This document shows, one piece after another, positions 1-10,413 of a stretch of DNA of 35,890 bases. Position 1 is the stretch's first letter. Each line of letters begins with the position of its first letter. The stretch comes from Methyloceanibacter sp. (GTDB taxonomy: Bacteria > Pseudomonadota > Alphaproteobacteria > Rhizobiales > Methyloligellaceae), in NCBI GenBank assembly GCA_035260265.1, contig DATFVO010000075.1, forward strand, positions 1-35,890. The letters run 5' to 3'. A program made the translations under genes and the position numbers. The notes beneath the pieces were generated by a model. It did not search any database, was not told where the DNA came from, and saw only the letters and a list, made by a program, of their open reading frames with translations.

Positions 1-297
1 ACTGACGGCCGTATCTACTCGGGGCGTCAAGCGGTTCAGCTCAAGCTAGTCGATGAGATCGGCGACGAGCGGGCCGCCATCGATTGGCTGACCAAGGAGC
101 GCCAGGTTCCCAAGGGATTGACGGTCGTGGATTGGCAACCGGAGAGCGAAAGCTCCGGCTTGTTCGGCTGGCTGTTCCAGTCCTTGGCCGGCGCCTTTGG
201 TTTTTCGGCCGAGAAACTCACTGGGTTGGTGGGCCAAATCTTCTCAACCCTCAAGCTTGACGGTCTTGTTTCGGTTTGGCACCCTGCTGCTAACTAA
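1..297 (+). CDS. sppA: Signal peptide peptidase SppA (S49), 3' partial
   Basis: Frame 1 reads TDGRIYSGRQAVQLKLVDEIGDERAAIDWL...LDGLVSVWHPAAN* (TAA 295-297), a typical SppA C-terminus; sppA-ihfB order is common in Rhizobiales. Confidence 0.85.
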   Translation, partial: TDGRIYSGRQAVQLKLVDEIGDERAAIDWLTKERQVPKGLTVVDWQPESESSGLFGWLFQSLAGAFGFSAEKLTGLVGQIFSTLKLDGLVSVWHPAAN

Positions 298-350
298 TGG
301 GGGGCTAGGGGCTTGAGCCTTTGGGGGGCACGGGCCGGGTGGGGCGTATC

Positions 351-641
351 ATGATCAAGTCGGAGTTGATTCAGCGGGTGGCGACCGCCAATCCGCATCT
401 TTTCCATCGCGACGTTGAACGGATCATCAACATCGTGCTCGATGAGATCACGGGCGCTCTCGCGCGCGGGGACCGGGTCGAGTTGCGTGGCTTCGGGGCT
501 TTCACCGTGAAGCACCGAGCGGCGCGGCAAGGACGCAATCCGCGCACCGGGGATACGGTCTTCGTGGAGGACAAATACGTGCCCTTCTTCAAGACCGGCA
601 AGGAGCTGCGCGAGCGGCTTAACCCTGAAGGCGGCCGCTAG
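351..641 (+). CDS. ihfB: Integration host factor beta subunit
   Basis: [11 protein letters not shown]...[10 protein letters not shown]...GRNPRTG...[14 protein letters not shown]; start moved to ATG 351. Confidence 0.96.
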   Translation: MIKSELIQRVATANPHLFHRDVERIINIVLDEITGALARGDRVELRGFGAFTVKHRAARQGRNPRTGDTVFVEDKYVPFFKTGKELRERLNPEGGR

Positions 642-689
642 CGGCCTAAGGGCTTGGCCTTTAATTCGAATTTCGTTTGAGGAGCTACC

Positions 690-1037
690 GTGTGGCGTAG
701 GCTCGTTCTCGGCCTCGTGATTCTGCCTTTAGCCGCCCTGCTCGTGGCGCTCGCCGTGGTCAACCGCAAGACCGCGATCCTTGTGCTCGATCCTTTCGGC
801 GGCGTCGAGCCCCGCCTGTCACTCGAAGCGTCATTGTTTCTATTCCTGCTCGGCGCGTTCGCCCTTGGCCTGATCGTCGGCGGCATCGCGACCTGGTTAA
901 GCCAGGGCAAGTGGCGGCGGACGGCGCGTGCCGGAGCCCGTGAAGCGCGCGACCTGCGCCGCCAAACGAGCCGGCTAGAGAAGGAGCTTGAGGGCCTCCA
1001 TTCGGCCCCGCCGCGAGTGCGGCTGCCTGCCGACTAA
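690..1037 (+). CDS. LapA/DUF1049-type small membrane protein
   Basis: Two hydrophobic segments (LAVVNR...LDPF; LFLFLLGAFALGLIVGG...WLSQGKWRR) plus a coiled tail; GAGGAG SD before GTG; usual position downstream of ihfB. Confidence 0.75.
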   Translation: MWRRLVLGLVILPLAALLVALAVVNRKTAILVLDPFGGVEPRLSLEASLFLFLLGAFALGLIVGGIATWLSQGKWRRTARAGAREARDLRRQTSRLEKELEGLHSAPPRVRLPAD

Positions 1038-1137
1038 GGATGGTGCAGTGCGGTAGACTTGGGGGCCCGGATTGGCATAGGGTGGCCCCCGCGCGAGCCC
1101 TTTTGAGCCGCCGAACCCTCATCCGAGAGCAGAGCCA

Positions 1138-1800
1138 GTGCCGGTGAAGGTCAAAATCTGCGGTGTGCGGACGCCCGCCATCATTGATATCGCGGCGAAA
1201 GAGTGTGCCGACTTCATCGGCCTCGTCCTCTTTCCCAAGAGCCCGCGCTTTGTCGAGGTCGAGGAAGCTCGCGTGCTCGCCGCCGTAGCGCGCGGCAAGA
1301 TTGGCAGCGTCGCCGTCATAGTCGATCCTGATGATGAGCTTGTCTATGGCGTCGCCGAGCGAGTGCGCCCCGACCTCCTTCAGCTTCATGGCAAAGAGAC
1401 GCCAGAACGGGTCGCTGCGATCAAGAAACGCGTCGGCTGTCCTGTCATGAAGGCGATTTCGGTCTTCGACGTCGGCGATACACACGAGGCCGCAAACTAT
1501 GCGGGTGTTGCCGACTACATCGTGTTCGATGCGAAGGCAGCGTCAGACGCCGCGCGGCCCGGTGGCAACGGTGTTCCGTTCAACTGGCGTGCCCTTTCTG
1601 GGCTGAAGACCCCCTTTGCGCTCTCGGGCGGGCTCACTCCGGGCAATGTCAGCGAAGCCATTACCCTGACCGGCGCCTCCCTCGTCGATGTCTCCTCTGG
1701 TGTCGAGCGGGCGCCCGGCGAGAAAGATGCCGATCTCGTGCGCAGCTTCATCCGCGCGGCAAAAGCCAACGCCCCACAAGCGAGGGCAAAGGCATCATGA
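1138..1800 (+). CDS. trpF: Phosphoribosylanthranilate isomerase
   Basis: [30 protein letters not shown] motifs. Confidence 0.96.
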   Translation: MPVKVKICGVRTPAIIDIAAKECADFIGLVLFPKSPRFVEVEEARVLAAVARGKIGSVAVIVDPDDELVYGVAERVRPDLLQLHGKETPERVAAIKKRVGCPVMKAISVFDVGDTHEAANYAGVADYIVFDAKAASDAARPGGNGVPFNWRALSGLKTPFALSGGLTPGNVSEAITLTGASLVDVSSGVERAPGEKDADLVRSFIRAAKANAPQARAKAS

Positions 1801-3038
1801 GCGCGCGAGCCGACCAGAGCCCATTCAATACCTATCGCGGAGGTCCCGACGAGCGCGGCCATTTCGGTCTTTATGGCGGCCGCTTCGTCGCCGAGACGCT
1901 GATGCCGCTCATCCTCGACCTCGAGCGCGCCTACAACGACGCGAAGGCCGATCCCAAATTCCAGGCTGAGATGGACCGCCATCTCGAGACATATGTGGGA
2001 AGACCTTCGCCGCTCTATTTCGCCGAACGGCTCACGCAGCACTGCGGCGGGGCGAAGATCTACTTCAAGCGCGAGGAACTCAATCACACCGGCGCGCACA
2101 AGGTGAACAACGTGCTCGGCCAGATCATGCTGGCCTTGCGCATGGGCAAGACGCGCATCATTGCCGAGACCGGCGCGGGTATGCACGGCGTCGCCACGGC
2201 GACGTTGTGCGCCAAATTTGGTCTGCCCTGCGTCGTCTATATGGGTTCGGTCGACGTCGAGCGACAGAAGCCGAACGTGCTCAGGATGAAGATGCTCGGC
2301 GCTGAAGTTCGCGCCGTCGAATCTGGCTCCAAGACGCTGAAGGATGCGATGAACGAGGCGTTGCGCGATTGGGTCGCCAATGTGCACGACACGTTCTATT
2401 GCATCGGCACGGTGGCTGGCCCGCATCCTTATCCAGCGATCGTGCGCGATTTCCAGTCGGTCATTGGCCGCGAGACGCGCGAGCAGATGCGGACGGCTGA
2501 AGGCCGGCTGCCAGACTCATTGATTGCCTGCATCGGCGGCGGTTCTAATGCCATGGGCTTGTTCCATCCCTTCCTTGACGAGCGCGGCATCGAAATCTAC
2601 GGCGTGGAAGCTGCCGGACACGGTCTCGACAGCGGCAAGCACGCGGCCTCGATCGCCGGTGGCAGACCGGGCGTACTGCACGGCAATCGTACCTATCTGC
2701 TGATGAACGGCGACGGACAGATCGAGGAAGCGCATTCGATATCCGCAGGGCTCGACTATCCGGGCATCGGGCCAGAGCATGCCTGGCTAAATGATGTGGG
2801 CCGGGTGAAATTCCTATCGGCGACCGACGACGAGGCAGTGGCCGCGTTTCAGCTTTGCAGCAAGCTCGAGGGCATCATTCCGGCGCTCGAGCCGGCGCAC
2901 GCGCTCGCCCGCGTGCTCGACATCGCGCCGAAGAAACTCAAGACTCACCTGATGGTTGTCAATCTCTCTGGCCGCGGCGACAAGGACTTGGATTCCGTTG
3001 CGAGCTATTTGAGCGCCAAGATGCGAGGCTCAAACTGA
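1797..3038 (+). CDS. trpB: Tryptophan synthase beta chain
   Basis: LNHTGAHK (PLP lysine), [29 protein letters not shown]; ATGA overlap with trpF. Confidence 0.98.
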   Translation: MSARADQSPFNTYRGGPDERGHFGLYGGRFVAETLMPLILDLERAYNDAKADPKFQAEMDRHLETYVGRPSPLYFAERLTQHCGGAKIYFKREELNHTGAHKVNNVLGQIMLALRMGKTRIIAETGAGMHGVATATLCAKFGLPCVVYMGSVDVERQKPNVLRMKMLGAEVRAVESGSKTLKDAMNEALRDWVANVHDTFYCIGTVAGPHPYPAIVRDFQSVIGRETREQMRTAEGRLPDSLIACIGGGSNAMGLFHPFLDERGIEIYGVEAAGHGLDSGKHAASIAGGRPGVLHGNRTYLLMNGDGQIEEAHSISAGLDYPGIGPEHAWLNDVGRVKFLSATDDEAVAAFQLCSKLEGIIPALEPAHALARVLDIAPKKLKTHLMVVNLSGRGDKDLDSVASYLSAKMRGSN

Positions 3039-3055
3039 CTACGGCGAAGACCAAC

Positions 3056-3892
3056 ATGACTCGCATCGACCGCTGCTTTGCTGAGCTGAAGCGCGAGGGG
3101 CGGGCAGGGCTCGTCGCCTTCATCACCGCGGGCGACCCCGACTACGACATCTCGCTTGCCGTCTTGAAAGGCCTGCCATCGGCCGGCGCCGACATCATTG
3201 AGCTCGGCATGCCGTTCTCGGACCCAATGGCCGATGGACCTGCCATCCAGGCCTCGTCCCAGCGGGCGCTAAAAGCCGGCCAGACCATGAAAAAGACGCT
3301 AGCCATGGTTAGGGATTTTCGCGGCCAGGATAACGTCACGCCGATAGTGCTAATGGGCTACTACAACCCCATATATGTGTATCCGGTGCAGCGCTTCATC
3401 GAGGACGCAGTGAAGGCAGGAGTGGACGGCTTGATCGTGGTCGATATGCCTCCGGAGGAGGATGCCGAGCTTAGGCCGCAGGCGGCCGCGGCAGGCCTCA
3501 ACTTCATTCGGTTGGCGACGCCGACGACCGACGCCAAGCGGCTGCCGGCCGTGCTCGCCAATACTTCGGGCTTCGTCTACTACGTGTCGATTGCCGGGAT
3601 CACCGGCACAAAGGCGCCGGACTTAGCAGAGGTCAAAGGCCATGTCGGCCACATCAAGGTGCATACCGATTTGCCGATTGCGGTCGGCTTCGGCGTGAAG
3701 AGCGAAGCGCAGGTGAGCGCGATCGCGAGTGTCGCTGAAGGAGTGGTGGTCGGCTCGGCACTTGTCGCGTCGATTGCGCAAAGTCTCGATGAGAAAGGCA
3801 AGGCGACGCGCGCAACCGAGCCGCAAGTGCTTGGACTGGTAGAACGGCTTGCGGCGGCGCTGCGTCACCCGGCCGAAGCCGTGGCGCTCTAG
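3056..3892 (+). CDS. trpA: Tryptophan synthase alpha chain
   Basis: [40 protein letters not shown]; start set to ATG 3056 (MTRID). Confidence 0.97.
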   Translation: MTRIDRCFAELKREGRAGLVAFITAGDPDYDISLAVLKGLPSAGADIIELGMPFSDPMADGPAIQASSQRALKAGQTMKKTLAMVRDFRGQDNVTPIVLMGYYNPIYVYPVQRFIEDAVKAGVDGLIVVDMPPEEDAELRPQAAAAGLNFIRLATPTTDAKRLPAVLANTSGFVYYVSIAGITGTKAPDLAEVKGHVGHIKVHTDLPIAVGFGVKSEAQVSAIASVAEGVVVGSALVASIAQSLDEKGKATRATEPQVLGLVERLAAALRHPAEAVAL

Positions 3893-3939
3893 GGTTTTGT
3901 TGTTTACGCGATTTGCATCTTTGAGAGTCTTGTAGACCC

Positions 3940-4971
3940 GTGAACTGGATCAACAGCGTCGTCAGACCGAAGATTCGCAGCATCCTTCGCAAGAAGGAGA
4001 TGCCGGACAATCTTTGGGTGAAATGCCCCGAGACGGGGCAGATGATCTATTACAAGGATCTCGAAGCCAACCAGTTCGTTGTGCCTGGCTCGAATTATCA
4101 CATGCGCATGGCCGCTGCCGCGCGCCTAAAGGCCCTGTTCGACAACGCCGAATTTGAGACCTTAGCCTTGCCGGAGGTGCCGGCCGATCCGCTGAAGTTC
4201 CGCGACGAGCGTCGTTACACCGACAGGCTGAAAGACGCCCGCGGCAAGACCGGCCTCTCCGACGCGGTGCTTGCCGGCGCGGGGCGCCTCGAAGGCCACC
4301 GGATTGTCGCCGCGGTTCAGGATTTCGACTTCCTCGGCGGATCGCTCGGCACCGCCGCCGGCGAAGCGGTGATTGCAGCAATGCGCACGGCGGTCAAGAG
4401 CGAGACGCCGTTCATTCTGTTTGCCGCCTCAGGCGGCGCGCGCATGCAGGAGGGCATTCTCTCGCTCATGCAAATGCCGCGCACCACGGTTGCGGTGCAG
4501 GAGCTGCGCGAGGCGAAGCTTCCTTACATTGTGGTGCTGACCCATCCGACGACCGGTGGAGTGACCGCCTCTTACGCCATGCTCGGTGACATCCATATCG
4601 CCGAGCCAGGCGCGCTGATTGGCTTCGCCGGGCCACGCGTTATCGAGCAGACCATCCGCGAGCAGCTTCCCAACGGGTTCCAACGTGCCGAATATCTCCA
4701 TGACCACGGCATGGTCGACATGGTGGTTCATCGCCATGCGCTGCGCGGCACGCTTGCCCGCATCTGCAATCTCTTGACCCGACGCCGCCCCGGCCGCGAT
4801 ATCGCCGTTTCGGACAAGATCGACGGCAAGGTCGCGCTGAAGGCGCCGCCATCGAGTATCTCGCTGAGCGGCAACGGCCTCGACAGGGTCGGCAACGATC
4901 ACGACGATGACGAGGACTTGGCCGGCGACGCCGCGATCAGCCCCAATCCAAATCAGCCGCAAACGAACTGA
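3940..4971 (+). CDS. accD: Acetyl-CoA carboxylase carboxyltransferase beta subunit
   Basis: [44 protein letters not shown]; extended acidic C-terminal tail. Confidence 0.97.
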   Translation: MNWINSVVRPKIRSILRKKEMPDNLWVKCPETGQMIYYKDLEANQFVVPGSNYHMRMAAAARLKALFDNAEFETLALPEVPADPLKFRDERRYTDRLKDARGKTGLSDAVLAGAGRLEGHRIVAAVQDFDFLGGSLGTAAGEAVIAAMRTAVKSETPFILFAASGGARMQEGILSLMQMPRTTVAVQELREAKLPYIVVLTHPTTGGVTASYAMLGDIHIAEPGALIGFAGPRVIEQTIREQLPNGFQRAEYLHDHGMVDMVVHRHALRGTLARICNLLTRRRPGRDIAVSDKIDGKVALKAPPSSISLSGNGLDRVGNDHDDDEDLAGDAAISPNPNQPQTN

Positions 4972-4984
4972 AAGCGCGGGGGAC

Positions 4985-6337
4985 TTGACCACATTACCGC
5001 ATAGTTTCGGGCGTGCTGAGGCCCGCCTCCGGCCCCCGTCGAGCGAGACGCTGCTCGAGCGGCTGAAGAAGCTGCACCCGCAGTCGATCGACCTGTCGCT
5101 CGGACGCATCGAGCGCTTGCTCGCGGCGCTCGGGCATCCCGAGCGAAGACTGCCCCCGGTTGTGCATGTGGCCGGCACCAACGGCAAAGGTTCGTACCTT
5201 GCCTTCACGCGCGCCATTGCTGAGGCGCTTGGCAAGGGCGTGCATGTCTACACCTCGCCGCATCTCGTCAATTTCCACGAGCGCATTGTGCTTGCCGGGC
5301 CGCATGGCTCAGCGCCCATCGGCGAAGACTTTCTCGTCGATTGCCTCGCCCGCGCCGAAGCTGCCAACGACGGGGAGCTGATCACTCTGTTCGAAATCAC
5401 CACGGCTGCGGCCTTCCTTGCTTTCGCAGAGATCCCCGCCGATCTGCTTCTGCTTGAGACGGGATTGGGCGGGCGGCTCGATGCCACCAATGTCGTCGAC
5501 AAGCCTCTGCTTACCGCAATCACACCGATTTCGATCGACCACGTCTCCTTCCTCGGCGACACCATCACTGCCATCGCCGGAGAGAAGGCCGGCATTCTCA
5601 AGCCTGGCGTGCCTTGCGTCGTCGGAAGGCAGGTGCAGGAGGCCTTCGAGGTGATCGAACGGAGAGCGGAAGCGCTCGGCGCGCCGCTACACGTGGCAGG
5701 CCGTGACTTCGACATGTACGAGCAGCACGGACGCCTCATCTTCCAGACGCCGTCGCGACTGTTGGATTTGCCGCTGCCGCGCCTCAACGGACGTCACCAG
5801 ATCGACAACGCCGGTACGGCCATCGCCGGAGCGAGCATCATCTTCGGCCACGCGCTCACCACGCGAGCGCTTGAGCGTGGGCTGACGCACGCCAAATGGC
5901 CGGCGCGTCTCGACCGGCTCGCGGTCGGCGGGCTCCACGCCTATGTGGTGGATGGAACCGAGATTTGGCTCGACGGCGGGCATAATGCCGCCGGCGGCCA
6001 GGTCATCGCGCATGCGCTCGCCGAGCTCGACGAGCGTATTCCACGCCCGGTGCATCTCGTGTTCGGCATGATGGAAACCAAGGATGCGCATGCCTTCATC
6101 GCCCCCTTCAAGGGCCTGGTCGAGCGCGTCTACACCGTGCCGATTCCTGAGGAGCCCAATGCCTTCAGCGCCGAGGCGCTGGCCGAGGTTGTGCGGGCCG
6201 AAGGATTCGATGTGGTGGCGGCGAGTAGCTTGGCTGATGCCCTGCGGCGGTCGCAGGCGGCACTCGATGGACCTGGGCGGGTCCTGATCTGCGGCTCGCT
6301 CTATCTCGCCGGCCACGCGCTCAAGCTGCACGGCTGA
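4985..6337 (+). CDS. folC: Folylpolyglutamate synthase/dihydrofolate synthase
   Basis: HVAGTNGKGS, YTSPHL, ETGLGGRLDATN, WPARL, DGGHN, CGSLYL; start (TTG 4985) uncertain. Confidence 0.95.
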   Translation: MTTLPHSFGRAEARLRPPSSETLLERLKKLHPQSIDLSLGRIERLLAALGHPERRLPPVVHVAGTNGKGSYLAFTRAIAEALGKGVHVYTSPHLVNFHERIVLAGPHGSAPIGEDFLVDCLARAEAANDGELITLFEITTAAAFLAFAEIPADLLLLETGLGGRLDATNVVDKPLLTAITPISIDHVSFLGDTITAIAGEKAGILKPGVPCVVGRQVQEAFEVIERRAEALGAPLHVAGRDFDMYEQHGRLIFQTPSRLLDLPLPRLNGRHQIDNAGTAIAGASIIFGHALTTRALERGLTHAKWPARLDRLAVGGLHAYVVDGTEIWLDGGHNAAGGQVIAHALAELDERIPRPVHLVFGMMETKDAHAFIAPFKGLVERVYTVPIPEEPNAFSAEALAEVVRAEGFDVVAASSLADALRRSQAALDGPGRVLICGSLYLAGHALKLHG

Positions 6338-6356
6338 GGAAGAATTGCCCCCCATA

Positions 6357-6455
6357 TGTCATTCCCGCGCAAACGGGAATCGAGTAACCACTGCCTTCCG
6401 TTGCTTACGGAGGCCCGAGTTTCCTGGATTGCCCGGTCAAGGCCGGGCAATGACA
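6357..6455. repeat. REP-like palindromic element between convergent folC and trxA
   Basis: Ends TGTCATT...AATGACA; left hairpin ATTCCC-GCGCAAAC-GGGAAT, right hairpin ATTGCCCGG-TCAAGG-CCGGGCAAT. Confidence 0.85.
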
Positions 6456-6472
6456 GGTGCAGTGGGAAGGAC

Positions 6473-6799
6473 TTAGGCGCCGACGGTACCGTTGATCCAA
6501 GCTGCGAGATGATTCTTGGGATAGGCGCCACGAAGCGTTCCGGCGACCTCGCCATTCTTGAACAGGAGCAGGGTCGGGATGGCGCGCACGTTATAGGTGC
6601 CAGGCGTGCGCGGGTTCTCGTCGATGTTGAGCTTCTTGATGCGCACCTTGCCGTTGAGCTCTTTGGCGATCTCTTCCAGAGCTGGCGCAATCTGCCGGCA
6701 TGGGCCGCACCACTCGGCCCAGAAGTCGACGACCACCGGAGTTGAAGATTTGAGCACCTCAGTCTCGAAGGTGTCGTCGGAAACTTTCTCGGTTGCCAT
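6473..6799 (-). CDS. trxA: Thioredoxin
   Basis: [11 protein letters not shown] active site, IPTL; typical position after addA. Confidence 0.97.
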   Translation of the reverse strand: MATEKVSDDTFETEVLKSSTPVVVDFWAEWCGPCRQIAPALEEIAKELNGKVRIKKLNIDENPRTPGTYNVRAIPTLLLFKNGEVAGTLRGAYPKNHLAAWINGTVGA

Positions 6800-6885
6800 T
6801 TGCCTCTCCTAATCGCCGGCGTCGCCCACATAACGATCGGTGTCTTGAATCTAGCATGCGAACCTAGGTATGCGTTCCCATGGCG

Positions 6886-9800
6886 TCAAGGCTGGCGCTG
6901 TTCCGCCAGGAGGCGGCACTCCGCGACATCAAGCGAACTTGATGGGATTTCCATAAGCCGCGGGCCGTCGGTCCACAACAGCCCTGCGCGAATCGCCCGG
7001 CCTGGGAACAGTTTCTTGAGCGCGAGCCGGTAGGCGGCGAGCTGGTTGATATAGGCCGGCGCCACATCCTCAAGCGTCAATGGCGGCGGCCGATTCGTCT
7101 TGTAGTCTAGGATGAGAAGTTCGCCCTCGAGCACCGCGAAGCGATCGATCTGGCCGTCGAGCTCGGAACCGGTCTCGCCTTCACCGATCTTCGCCACGAC
7201 CGGGACTTCGGCGAGGCTGCCCGGCCGGAACAGCGGAGCAAAGGAGGGATCCCGCACGATCGCAAGCGTCTCAGCCAGGATCTCGTCCTTGAGCTTTTGG
7301 TCGAGGGTTGCGTCACGCGCCGCGACGAAGGCGCGTGCAGCCCGCTCCTGGGCCTCGGGGGCTACCTCCGGGAGATGCTGCAATAGGGCATGCACGAGCA
7401 GCCCGCGGGCGTAGCGGCCGCCTTGACTGAGCGCCCTCGGACCGAGCGGCGGCTGCTCGCCGGCGCGCTCTTGCGAGATGCCGTCTGGCCCGAGCGTTAG
7501 CCTCGATGGCGCAAGCCTCCGGCGCGAGCGCTCAGGCTTGGCCGGGGCCAGCGCCCAGTCCAGCAGAGGTGCGGCCTTGTGCTCTTCTTCCTTGGTCTCG
7601 CGCGGCGATACCGCTGCCGCCTGCGCGCTCTCCATCCTGCGTACCGACGTTCCATCGGGGTTGGCGATCTCAACAAGATGACCGGCTAGCCCATCCTTGA
7701 TGAGCTCGTACCAGCACTGCTTTTCGGGGTTATCCCTCTGGCCCTGCCAGCCGCAGATATAGAGCCGGTCGCGCGCGCGCGTCATGGCGACGTAGAGGAG
7801 CCGGTGATATTCCTCGCGCTCGGACTGCTGGAGGCAAGCCTTGGCATCGGACAGTGCCGCAAGGTCGGAGTGGCCTGCTGGCGGCCAGACGAAGTGCTCA
7901 ACCTCGCCGGGTGATGCACCAGGGCGCGGCAAGGGGAAGAGCCGCGGACCCTGCGGCCGCGGCAGCATGCAGGTGTCGGGCAGGAACACGATCGGCGCCT
8001 GCAAGCCCTTGGCGCCATGCACCGTCATGATGCGCACCTCGTCGCGGTCCTGCTCCATGTCGCGCTTGATCTCGATGTCGTCGGTGCGGAGCTTGTCGAT
8101 GAAGCCCTGGAGCGAAGGCGCGGCCTCGCGGTCATACGCAAGCGCGAGGTCGAGGAACTCGTCGATCGCCTCCGCAGCCTCTGGCCCAAGCCTTGTCAGC
8201 ATGCGCTTGCGCATGAGCTGTCCCTCGGCGCCAAGCAGCTCCGAGAAGAACTCGTAGGGCGGCAGGTAGTCCGCGCGTGCGAGCCACGCAGACAGGCGCG
8301 TGCAGGCTTCGGCAAACCGCGTGTCCTCCTTGGCCTTGTCTCCGAGCTGAGACCACAGCGAGCGCGGGCGCCGGTCATAGGCGAGATCGAACAGCGCATC
8401 GTCGTCCAAACCGAACAAAGGACTCTTCAACACTACCGCGAGCGCAAGGTCGTCCTCGGGCATGAGCAGCACGTCGGCGAGCGCGACGAGGTCCTGCACG
8501 GCAAGCTGGTCCATGAGCCGCATGCGGTCCGCGCCGGCGACCGGGATGCCCTCGTGCTTCAGCGCACGGATCATTGGCGTGATGAATGGATCGCGGCGGC
8601 GGACGAGGATCAGAATGTCGCCCGCCTTGACATTGCGGCCTTGCGAAACCAAGGGCTCGCGTTCAGTGAGCCAGCGCTTGATCTGCTTCGCGATGCGTCG
8701 GCAAAGCTGATCGACTGAGCGGGCGCCAGCTGCCTCCTCGTTCCACGGTTCGAACGCCTCGGCAGGCTCAGGCTTGGTCTCGGTCTCGGTTTCCCAGACT
8801 TCCACCAGTCCCGCTTCGCCTTTGCGATGCGCGTGGTGCTTGATGACGCTGGTCGCGAGCGTCATCAACCCTTGCGCGGCCTGCGGCGTGGCGAAGACAT
8901 GATCGACGGCATCAAGAATTGGCTCTGTCGAGCGGAAAGAGAGATTGAGCGGCACGTCGTGCCAAACAAGCCCGGCCGCTTCAGCCCTGCGCTTTAAGGC
9001 GTGGCCAACCTCGCCGAATCGCGCCGGGTCGGCGCCCTGGAAGCTGTAGATCGACTGCTTCTCGTCGCCGACGGCGAACAGCGTGCGCGGCTTTCCGTTT
9101 GCATCGCCCGCGCCTCCGCCGGCGAAGAACTCCTCGGCCAATCGCTCGATAATGGTCCATTGCTGAAGATTGGTATCCTGCGCTTCGTCGACCAGGATGT
9201 GATCGATACCACCGTCGATCTTGTAGAGCACCCAGGCGGCGGCATCGGCACGCGATAGCAGGTTCGATGTCTTGATAATGAGGTCGTCGTAATCGAGCAT
9301 GGCCTCGGCCTGCTTGCGCCGCTCATAGTTGGCCTGGATCGCGTCGGCGAAGGCCAGCACGGCGGCGCTCGCCTCAGCCACGCGCAAATGCGCGAGCTTG
9401 AGATCGAGCGCGGCAAAGCGGTCGCGCGCCTCTTCGAGAGCGGCGCAGAGTGCGGGAACCGCGTCTTTCAGCGCCTTGCTGCAAAATCGTTGGCGCGGCT
9501 CACCTTTGTCGGTGCAGAAGATGGTCCTGAACAGAGAGGCGCGTCCTTCACCGTCCCCGTCCTTGGCCGCCGCGAGGCTCGATTTTAGCCTCTCGTCATC
9601 GGCTGTCGCGGAGTGCATGACGAGAGCTTGCAACAGCGCGTCAATTTCGCTGTCGGTCAGCACGGCCGCGAGCATGGCGGTGAGCGCGTCTTCCTGCTCG
9701 GCCTCGACGCGAAGCAGGCGCTTGAGCGCCAAGCCCTCAACCTCGACCCAGTCAGGACGAGAATCGTGATACGCCATCATGGCGGCGAGCTCCGTGCGCT

Positions 9801-10413
9801 TGCCAAGCACGGTGTTCACCACTTGGCGTAAATACTCCTCGCTGGTCAGCGCGATGACCGTCGCGAGCGCCTTCCCGAGCGTGCTGTCACGCTCTTCTGC
9901 GGCACGGGCGATCGTTGCGTCGAAGGCTTGCCGCCGCATCTCCGCCTGGCCGCGCTCGTCGAGCACCTTGAAATGCGGTGTGACCTGGGCCTCGAACGGG
10001 AAGCGCTGCAACAGGCGCTCGCAGAAGCCGTGGATGGTATGGATCTTCAGCCCGCCCCTCGCTTCGAGCGCGCGGGCGAAGAGGCGCCGCGCGGTGCGTA
10101 GGTGCTCCTCCTCGGTCGCGCGCCCCATCAGCGCAAGCAGCTCTTTGCGCAACTCGCCCTCAGAAGCCGTCGCCCAGCGCGCGAGATCATCGAGTAGCCG
10201 GTTCTGCATCTCTGCCGCGGCCGTCTTGGTGTAGGTGAGGCAGAGGATCGATTCGGGCTTGGAGCCGGCGATGAGGAGGCACAACACCCGCCTGACCAGG
10301 ACCTCGGTCTTCCCCGTGCCGGCATTGGCCGACACCCACGCCGAGGCCTCGGGGTCGGAGGCCCGCGCCTGATTGCGGTCGGTCTCGTGGGGAAGCGGCG
10401 GCTGGTCGTTCAT
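6886..10413 (-). CDS. addA: Double-strand break repair helicase/nuclease AddA
   Basis: SANAGTGKT, LVDEAQD, VGDEKQSIYSFQGA, MTVHGAKGL, LLYVAMTRA, C-terminal GQIDR...DYKT nuclease; ATG 10413 overlaps the addB stop (ATGA). Confidence 0.97.
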   Translation of the reverse strand: MNDQPPLPHETDRNQARASDPEASAWVSANAGTGKTEVLVRRVLCLLIAGSKPESILCLTYTKTAAAEMQNRLLDDLARWATASEGELRKELLALMGRATEEEHLRTARRLFARALEARGGLKIHTIHGFCERLLQRFPFEAQVTPHFKVLDERGQAEMRRQAFDATIARAAEERDSTLGKALATVIALTSEEYLRQVVNTVLGKRTELAAMMAYHDSRPDWVEVEGLALKRLLRVEAEQEDALTAMLAAVLTDSEIDALLQALVMHSATADDERLKSSLAAAKDGDGEGRASLFRTIFCTDKGEPRQRFCSKALKDAVPALCAALEEARDRFAALDLKLAHLRVAEASAAVLAFADAIQANYERRKQAEAMLDYDDLIIKTSNLLSRADAAAWVLYKIDGGIDHILVDEAQDTNLQQWTIIERLAEEFFAGGGAGDANGKPRTLFAVGDEKQSIYSFQGADPARFGEVGHALKRRAEAAGLVWHDVPLNLSFRSTEPILDAVDHVFATPQAAQGLMTLATSVIKHHAHRKGEAGLVEVWETETETKPEPAEAFEPWNEEAAGARSVDQLCRRIAKQIKRWLTEREPLVSQGRNVKAGDILILVRRRDPFITPMIRALKHEGIPVAGADRMRLMDQLAVQDLVALADVLLMPEDDLALAVVLKSPLFGLDDDALFDLAYDRRPRSLWSQLGDKAKEDTRFAEACTRLSAWLARADYLPPYEFFSELLGAEGQLMRKRMLTRLGPEAAEAIDEFLDLALAYDREAAPSLQGFIDKLRTDDIEIKRDMEQDRDEVRIMTVHGAKGLQAPIVFLPDTCMLPRPQGPRLFPLPRPGASPGEVEHFVWPPAGHSDLAALSDAKACLQQSEREEYHRLLYVAMTRARDRLYICGWQGQRDNPEKQCWYELIKDGLAGHLVEIANPDGTSVRRMESAQAAAVSPRETKEEEHKAAPLLDWALAPAKPERSRRRLAPSRLTLGPDGISQERAGEQPPLGPRALSQGGRYARGLLVHALLQHLPEVAPEAQERAARAFVAARDATLDQKLKDEILAETLAIVRDPSFAPLFRPGSLAEVPVVAKIGEGETGSELDGQIDRFAVLEGELLILDYKTNRPPPLTLEDVAPAYINQLAAYRLALKKLFPGRAIRAGLLWTDGPRLMEIPSSSLDVAECRLLAEQRQP

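Noticed and set aside
633-646. Perfect palindrome GGCCGCTAGCGGCC over the ihfB stop
   Set aside because: No loop or adjacent U-tract, and GC-rich palindromes arise readily by chance.
6301-6831. ORFs spanning the folC-trxA gap (176 aa and 129 aa)
   Set aside because: They are translations of the palindromic repeat plus trxA shadow frames.
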